A DNA stretch of 64,000 bases. Origin: Acidobacteriota bacterium. Lineage in GTDB: Bacteria > Acidobacteriota > UBA890 > WLXD01. The stretch is from NCBI GenBank assembly GCA_965248695.1, contig CBDFKD010000002.1, forward strand, positions 2,496,001 through 2,560,000, in the 5' to 3' direction. Positions within the stretch are counted from its first letter, which is position 1, and every line of letters starts with the position of its first letter. The translations under genes and the position numbers were made by a program. Positions 58,208 to 64,000 of this stretch are shown here, piece by piece. Under the pieces are notes generated by a model, which saw only the letters and a list, made by a program, of their open reading frames with translations, ran no database searches and was not told the DNA's origin.

Positions 58208-60610
58208 CTACCCGTCGCGCAGGGCCGCTACCGGATCGATCTGAGTAGCCCGTCGGGCCGGCAGCCACGCCGCCAGCGCGCCAACCAGTACGGCAGCTGC
58301 GACAACCACGCCATAGGTGAACGGGTCAGTCGGCTGCACGTCGAACAGCAACTGCCCCAGGAGTCTCGTCGCGCCCAACGCCCCCAGAACACCGATGGCC
58401 GCGCCGACCAGCACCACGACCAGCGCCTGACGGACGATCATCGTAACCGTCGCTACCGAGTCAGCTCCCAGGGCCATGCGCACACCGATCTCGGTGGTGC
58501 GCTGCGACACCGAGTAGGCAACGATCCCGTAGGTACCGATCACGGCGAGAATTGCGGCACACAGCGCGAGGCCGGTAAGCAGGGCGGTATTGAACCGTGG
58601 CTGGGCCACCGACTCCCATAGCAGGTCGGAAAGCGCCGCTACCCTGGACGGCGCCAGCTGGGGATCCACGTCGGCGATCACATCGCCGACGGCCGACGAG
58701 ATGGCGTCCGTAGTGAGATCGGACCGCACGACAAGATGCATCTCGTAGGTCGCAATCCGGCCGTATGGAAGAAACACCTCCGACTCGTACTTGGATTGCA
58801 GTCCGCTGTGGTGGACATCGGCGACCACGCCGATGACCTCGATCTCTCCCAGCGAAGCCACGCGCAACGATTTGCCGACTGGATCGGCGTCGCCGAAGAA
58901 TCGATCGACGGTGGTCTCATTGACGATCGCCACGGGTCGATCGCTGGTGGGATCGAGCCGGTCGAAGCCGCGCCCGCGGACAATCTCCATCCCCATGGCA
59001 CTGAAGTAGCCGGGTACGACAAGGCGGAAGTCTGCGTTGGGCCGTGCCGTGGGCGACAGCGTGTCCAGGTCCACGACGGTGAACTCCATCTCGAATCCCA
59101 GGCCCACGTCGCTCATTGGTAGATCTGAGGCTGCGCCAGCCACGTCGACTCCCGGCAGCTCACTCAGGCGGTCGACGAGTCGCTGGTAGAACGGGAGCCA
59201 TTCGGCGCGCCCGTAGCGCTGGGTTGGCACCTTGACGGCCACCGAGACCACGCCATCGGTCTGGAAACCGGGATCGACATCGCTTAGTCGCGCGAAGCTG
59301 CGAATCATCAGCCCGGCACCGACCAGCAGCACGATCGCCAAGGCAACCTCTACAACAACCATCAGCTCCCGCAGCCGGCGCCCAGCGACTGTCCCACCGC
59401 CGGAAGCCCCGGTCGGCTTGAGCAGTTCATTCAAGTCGGGTGACATACTCCGCCGCGCCGGCAGCAGGCCGAACAAGATGGTGGCGGCGATCGAAAGGCC
59501 CGTCGCGAACATGAGCACCCCGCCATCCAGACCGATCGCCTCCCCGCGCGGAACGCCGCCGGGCATCACGGCACGGAGCAGCGACATACCCCAGAAGGCC
59601 AGCAGTACGCCCGATGCGCCGCCGACCAGCCCGAGGACCAGGGTCTCGGCCAGCGACCGCTTGCAGAGATCGCTTGTTCTGGCACCGAGAGCGGCGCGCA
59701 CGGCAAACTCCCTACCAGCCGCCACCGATCGCGCCACCAGGACATTGGCAATGTTGGCGCAGGCGATGAGCAACACCAGAAAGACGGCGCCAAGCAGCAC
59801 CCACAGAGTGGTGGCCAGATCGCCGAGCAGCTCCTCACGTAGCGGGCGGGCCGTTATCCCCCAACCGTCGTTGGTGTCGGGGAACTCCAGCGCCAGCTGA
59901 TCGGCGATCGCGGTGATCTCGGCCCGTGCCGCATCGATCGTCGTGCCGTCGTCGAGCCGGGCAATCGAGTCGAACATCCGATGGTCGCGGTCGAGCAACA
60001 CAGCGTTGCTGATTGCCATCGGGAAGTACATCTCGACCTCGGCATCGCCGGGCGGAAACTGGAATCCCGGCTCCGTAATCCCGACGACCGTACGCGGTTG
60101 ATCGTCGACCTCGATCGTGGTGCCCACGAGCGACGGGTCGGCGCCGAAGCGCCGTGTCCAGGAGGCGTGCGTCAGCACCACCTTCTTGTCGCCTCCGGGC
60201 TGCTCGTCCTCGTCGGTGAACAGCTGCCCAACGGCAGGCCGCGTCCGCAGCACACTGAAGAGTCGGGGCGTGACGGTATAGCTGCCGACGCGGACGGGGC
60301 GCTCCAGGTCGGTCAGCGTCGACCCGATGGACCGGTAGAGGGCAATCTGCCCATCGAAGCCCTCGGCTCCGTCGCGCAAGTACCGGTAGTCCGCCGGCGA
60401 CAAGCGGAAGATGTCACCCTCGGCTCCGCTGGTAGTCCAGAGCACCACGACGCGATCGTCGTCGGGATACAGCGGACGCAGCAACACGCTGTTGACGACG
60501 CTGAAGATCGCGGTGTTGGCGCCGATCGCGATCGCTAAGGTCACGAGTACCACCACCGTCGGACCCGGCGTGCTCAGAAGCGAGCGTAAGGCCGCCCTAA
60601 GGTTGTCCAT
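58208..60610 (-). CDS. Acidobacterial duplicated orphan ABC permease (ADOP; MacB/FtsX duplication)
   Basis: TLA.AIGANTAIFSVV..VLLRPL, LLIACANIAN, RE.AVRAALGA, Y.VSQRT.EIGVRMALGA, PARRA..IDP..ALR. Confidence 0.93.
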   Translation of the reverse strand: MDNLRAALRSLLSTPGPTVVVLVTLAIAIGANTAIFSVVNSVLLRPLYPDDDRVVVLWTTSGAEGDIFRLSPADYRYLRDGAEGFDGQIALYRSIGSTLTDLERPVRVGSYTVTPRLFSVLRTRPAVGQLFTDEDEQPGGDKKVVLTHASWTRRFGADPSLVGTTIEVDDQPRTVVGITEPGFQFPPGDAEVEMYFPMAISNAVLLDRDHRMFDSIARLDDGTTIDAARAEITAIADQLALEFPDTNDGWGITARPLREELLGDLATTLWVLLGAVFLVLLIACANIANVLVARSVAAGREFAVRAALGARTSDLCKRSLAETLVLGLVGGASGVLLAFWGMSLLRAVMPGGVPRGEAIGLDGGVLMFATGLSIAATILFGLLPARRSMSPDLNELLKPTGASGGGTVAGRRLRELMVVVEVALAIVLLVGAGLMIRSFARLSDVDPGFQTDGVVSVAVKVPTQRYGRAEWLPFYQRLVDRLSELPGVDVAGAASDLPMSDVGLGFEMEFTVVDLDTLSPTARPNADFRLVVPGYFSAMGMEIVRGRGFDRLDPTSDRPVAIVNETTVDRFFGDADPVGKSLRVASLGEIEVIGVVADVHHSGLQSKYESEVFLPYGRIATYEMHLVVRSDLTTDAISSAVGDVIADVDPQLAPSRVAALSDLLWESVAQPRFNTALLTGLALCAAILAVIGTYGIVAYSVSQRTTEIGVRMALGADSVATVTMIVRQALVVVLVGAAIGVLGALGATRLLGQLLFDVQPTDPFTYGVVVAAAVLVGALAAWLPARRATQIDPVAALRDG

Positions 60611-60812
60611 GAAGATTTGTCCTCGGCGGGGAGCTAGTGGCCTGTATCAGGGGAATCGATAGCGCCGCAGATGGGATTTGCGGGCGAGATCAAGGCGCGG
60701 CGAGGATGGCGATGCCGCGGCGCATCGTCGACGAGTCGCAACGCGGAGATCGCCCGCAACTGCCCGTCTGTCCGCAGGATGGCGGCGAAATCGATTCCCC
60801 TGTTACAGGCCA

Positions 60813-61187
60813 CTAGTGTGGCAAGCTCTGGTCGCGGCGCTCCAGAATCCAGTCGTGGAATCGAGCCTGCTGATCTGGCCGCAACAGCGCCGCGATCTCC
60901 GTATGCACGTCGCGCATTGCACTCTGAACCTCGGGACGAAGCTGCTCCCACATGCTCTGCACGATCTGCTGGCGCTCGGCCATGATGGCGTGAATCTGCT
61001 CCGTCTGCCGCTCGTCCAGATCGAGGGCCTGGCGCAGGTCGGTCAGGGCAGCCTCGTGCTCATCAGCCGCCGACAACGCGCCGTGCAGCTGGATCGAATG
61101 ATGACGCTCGACGGCCATTCCGGCGACACCACCGGCAGTGAATACGAACAGCAAAACGAGCCCGGCACGAACCCGCGGCGCGATCAC
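60813..61187 (-). CDS. Spy/CpxP/ZraP-like periplasmic helical protein with N-terminal membrane anchor
   Basis: LVLLFVFTAGGVAG TM segment, L.LDERQTEQIHAIM and LRPDQQARF (LTxxQ-like repeats). Confidence 0.75.
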   Translation of the reverse strand: MIAPRVRAGLVLLFVFTAGGVAGMAVERHHSIQLHGALSAADEHEAALTDLRQALDLDERQTEQIHAIMAERQQIVQSMWEQLRPEVQSAMRDVHTEIAALLRPDQQARFHDWILERRDQSLPH

Positions 61188-61570
61188 TGCCGCACCGCGC
61201 GATCGGGCAACGGTTCATCGAGCACCGCGTCATCAGCCGCCGGCGGAAACTGCACCAGCAATGCGTCGACGGTGGGCGGCTGCGGACCGCCGATGAACGT
61301 CCCGGGGACCTCGCTCGGGTCGAGCGCGCGCTCGATGTGGACGAGGGCAAACGAGGGTTCCGGCACCGGCAGCGCCAGCCACAGAACCAACGTGGCGGCC
61401 GCCGACGCAGCGACTAGCCACGGTGCGCCCTGGGCGAGCACGCCGTACCAGACGTCTTGCGCCGAGACGTACCCGGCAAGCGGGCCGGCCGCATCCTGGC
61501 GTGCCTTGGCCGCCAGTGTGTCCCAGTATTCGGGGTCCTGGGGCAGCTCTGATTTCGGCAGCTCAGCCAT
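61184..61570 (-). CDS. Putative anti-sigma membrane protein
   Basis: ATG 61570 overlaps the sigma factor stop (TGATG). P.DPEYWD.LAAK followed by a single TM segment. Confidence 0.65.
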   Translation of the reverse strand: MAELPKSELPQDPEYWDTLAAKARQDAAGPLAGYVSAQDVWYGVLAQGAPWLVAASAAATLVLWLALPVPEPSFALVHIERALDPSEVPGTFIGGPQPPTVDALLVQFPPAADDAVLDEPLPDRAVRQ

Positions 61571-62124
61571 CACCGGAGCATACCTCGCTGCGGGTCCATG
61601 ACGACCTGCAGCTGCTTGCGGGCGCGGTGCAGATGAGTCCGGACCGTTCCCTCGGCGATGCCGAGCATGCGCGCAGCTTCCACGCTCGTGAAGCCCTCGA
61701 TCTCGCACAAACGGACACACGCCTGCTGCATCGGGGCAAGCGCCTCGATGGCGCGCCCGGCATCACCGGTGGCGACGGGATCCACCTCGATACGCGCTGG
61801 CGGCTCGGTTTCCAGAAGCGTGAGTGGCGCCAGGGCAGCGCGTCGACCGTCCTTGCTGATCGCGGTGCGCGCCACGTTACGGACGATGGCGTAGAACCAG
61901 GCGCTGAACGGGCGGCGGTCGTCGTAATCGGCCAGGGAGCGTACGGCGCGGTGGAACGCGTCCTGCACGACGTCCTCGGCATCCTCGACGCATCGCGCGT
62001 ACTGCCAGGCGAGCACCATGGCGGGGCGCAGATAGCGCCGGGCGAGGGCGTCATAGGCGACGGCATCGCCGCACTTGGCCGCCCGCGCCAGGTCCTCACC
62101 GGTACGCTCGCCTGCATCGCTCAT
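61570..62124 (-). CDS. ECF RNA polymerase sigma factor
   Basis: DAEDVVQDAF, FSAWFYAIVRN, EGFT..EAA..LG..EGTVRTHLHRARK. Confidence 0.95.
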   Translation of the reverse strand: MSDAGERTGEDLARAAKCGDAVAYDALARRYLRPAMVLAWQYARCVEDAEDVVQDAFHRAVRSLADYDDRRPFSAWFYAIVRNVARTAISKDGRRAALAPLTLLETEPPARIEVDPVATGDAGRAIEALAPMQQACVRLCEIEGFTSVEAARMLGIAEGTVRTHLHRARKQLQVVMDPQRGMLR

Positions 62125-62176
62125 GGCTCCGTCCCGGGAGCATACGTCAGCGGCTCCCAGGACCCGGCCAAATCCG

Positions 62177-62548
62177 TCAGTGTTGCTCGGCGCCGTGATG
62201 CGGCTCTGCCGACATGGAACTGCCCATCGCCTCGTGGATCATCTTGCCGAGCTTTTGCTGCTGCTCGGGCGTCAACTCGGCAGCGATGACCCCGTGGAGT
62301 CGATGCAGCTCCTGCATGGCTGCAAACGCCTGCGTGAACGGAGCGGTAATCGCCTCCCGCTGGTCGGCGGTGAGCTCGAGGTGCTTGGCGATCTCGTCGA
62401 AATGGGCTTGCGGGTCGTCGGCCGTACCGTGCTGTCCATGACCATGTTGGGCCTCGGCCACCAGACCGCCCGGATGCATGGCTCCGACTGCCAGTGCCAG
62501 TACGGCGATCAGCATCCCGGTCATCAACGCGCGGTGCAGTGTCCTCAT
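62177..62548 (-). CDS. Secreted His-rich Spy/CpxP-like protein
   Basis: RBS GGAG then ATG 62548. Signal ending AEA-Q, HGHGQHG, LELTADQ and LTPEQQ motifs. Confidence 0.75.
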   Translation of the reverse strand: MRTLHRALMTGMLIAVLALAVGAMHPGGLVAEAQHGHGQHGTADDPQAHFDEIAKHLELTADQREAITAPFTQAFAAMQELHRLHGVIAAELTPEQQQKLGKMIHEAMGSSMSAEPHHGAEQH

Positions 62549-62722
62549 CGGTGTCTCTCCCGTTGCCTGCGTGTAGGTGCCGGTCCCGTCAGATCGGGAC
62601 ACGCTTCACCAACCTGTACTCGCCAAACCGGCGAACCGTTGACACGCGCGTCGCGCCGGCGTCGAAACTGAGATCCTGAGGCCCCTCCGCTGCGGCGGAG
62701 CCGGCCCACGTCGCGCGGCTGA

Positions 62723-63037
62723 CTAGGCCGTGGCTGCGCCGGCGTGGAACCGTGTCGGGGTGGCGATCACGATCTGGTACTCGGCGTAGTAGCGGTCCTT
62801 GCCGCGTTGCTGCGCGGCCACGTGCTCAGGATGCGTCCGCCAGGCGGTCTGGGATTCCTCGGAGTCGAAGATCACGATGCTGAGGCGCTCACCATCCGCA
62901 CCGCTATAGGGCGCAATCGAGACAAACCCCGGCATATCGCGGGCCAGACCGTAAATATGCGCCAGATCATCCTCGTACTCCGCCAGGCCGGCGGCACCGA
63001 GATCGTCACGCAGACGGCTCCAGAACAACGTGACCAC
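62723..63037 (-). CDS. Antibiotic biosynthesis monooxygenase (ABM) domain protein
   Basis: GTG 63037 with RBS AAGGA. MPGF.S......DGE.LS...F.SEE...AWR.HPEH..AQ.RG...YY..Y. Confidence 0.85.
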   Translation of the reverse strand: MVTLFWSRLRDDLGAAGLAEYEDDLAHIYGLARDMPGFVSIAPYSGADGERLSIVIFDSEESQTAWRTHPEHVAAQQRGKDRYYAEYQIVIATPTRFHAGAATA

Positions 63038-63267
63038 ATGTTCCTTGCTAATCACGGGCGGTCCAACCAAGGGCGGCTCCTCCGGGTGGGGCGCAGCGGC
63101 GCCGTTCGGCAAGAGTCTAGATGACCACCGCGCTATCGCGTGCGCCGCAGCGGCACAGTGGATCTCGGCTCCCACGTTGAAAGCTGCCCAAGCAAACCAG
63201 AACGCCGTGGATGCTAGGTTACGGGGTCGAGTCACTTGCGCGACAGCTGTCGCGGAACCGAGGTCGC

Positions 63268-64000
63268 ATGCACCTATCTCGATGTCGCCGGCTCCTGGTA
63301 CCGGCCACGAGCCTGTTGATGCTGCTGGTGCCAGGTCTACAGGACGAGGCGCGGGCCGGTGGGTGGACGCTGTCGCGCGGCACCACCTGGCTGCGAACCG
63401 GATTCATGGTGCAGATCACCGACGAGCGCTACTTCATCGACGGCAGCCGGATTCCGTACTTCTTCGAGGGCCACAATCAGACGCTGGCCGCCTTTGTCGA
63501 TCTCCGCCACGGCATCACGGATCGCCTCGAGGCCGCCGTCCAGCTGCCGTTCTTCGGCATCTCGTTCGACGATCTCGCCGCCGAGCGCAACACCACTGGC
63601 ATTGGCGATCTACGTCTGGGGCTGCGCTACAACCTGTTGCCGGGGCCCGTGGTGGCTACCGTCGGGGCAACGGTCAAGTTCCCCACCGGCGAGTTCGTCA
63701 ACGACGCCGAGATCGTGCCCGTAGGCGAGGGCCAGTACGACTTCGAGGTGACCGCCGAGGTGGCCCGCTCGCTGTGGCCGCGTCCGGGCTACGTCACCGC
63801 TCTGATCGGCTACCGGTGGCGCACGCCGAACGCCGAAACCGGCATCCATCACGGCGACGAGGTGCTCTGGAGCTTCGAGGCGGGCTACGGAGTGCTCCCG
63901 GGAGTCATGCTCAAGGCTCTGATTCGAGGCCTGCACGGTCTCGAGACCACTAGCTTCGGGCTAGCGTTGCCCTCGCTCGAGCGTCGCGTGGTCTACCTCG
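63268..64000 (+). CDS. Outer-membrane beta-barrel of the COG4313/SphA ('MetA-pathway of phenol degradation') type; 3'-partial
   Basis: Not in the ORF track because it has no stop in the window. Manual translation from ATG 63268 (RBS GAGGT) gives a signal peptide ending EARA-GGW, HGITDRLE, GIGDLRLGLRY, VKFPTG, GEGQYD. Confidence 0.75.
   Translation, partial: MHLSRCRRLLVPATSLLMLLVPGLQDEARAGGWTLSRGTTWLRTGFMVQITDERYFIDGSRIPYFFEGHNQTLAAFVDLRHGITDRLEAAVQLPFFGISFDDLAAERNTTGIGDLRLGLRYNLLPGPVVATVGATVKFPTGEFVNDAEIVPVGEGQYDFEVTAEVARSLWPRPGYVTALIGYRWRTPNAETGIHHGDEVLWSFEAGYGVLPGVMLKALIRGLHGLETTSFGLALPSLERRVVYL

Noticed and set aside
63030-63953. 307-aa plus-strand ORF in the track
   Set aside because: Arg-rich wrong frame. 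The real gene is the open-ended beta-barrel frame starting at 63268.
1-64000. rRNA, tRNA, CRISPR arrays, prophage or integrase genes
   Set aside because: None recognised. Intergenic regions are short and lack regularly spaced repeats or cloverleaf motifs.

Overview
High-GC bacterial chromosomal window, most likely Acidobacteriota (it has an acidobacterial duplicated orphan ABC permease and other families typical of that phylum). It has about 50 genes, most of them exported catabolic or redox enzymes. I found no rRNA, tRNA, CRISPR array or intact transposase. Core metabolic genes are limited to argG-argH and phnX. Main candidate for a new system: three secreted proteins that fuse a c-type heme (CxxCH, MPP) to a complete PHM/dopamine-beta-hydroxylase-type two-copper ligand set (HH...H / HxH...M). 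Each sits beside periplasmic dehydrogenases (two PQQ-type enzymes, an FAD GMC enzyme lacking its own cytochrome subunit), a di-heme cytochrome c or a lactonase, which suggests a dehydrogenase-fuelled copper monooxygenase analogous to fungal CDH/LPMO. Other points: (1) two GbcA/CntA-type Rieske oxygenases with twin-arginine signals and no reductase; (2) phnX without phnW, followed by a GlpT-like transporter that appears to start at CTG; (3) an AbiEii toxin whose partner carries a transposase-like DNA-binding domain, split from it by a 272-bp MITE with a CTAG target duplication; (4) a tandemly duplicated two-gene unit; (5) several frameshifts or internal deletions that may be real or assembly errors. 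All family calls come from motif recognition by eye, with no database searches.
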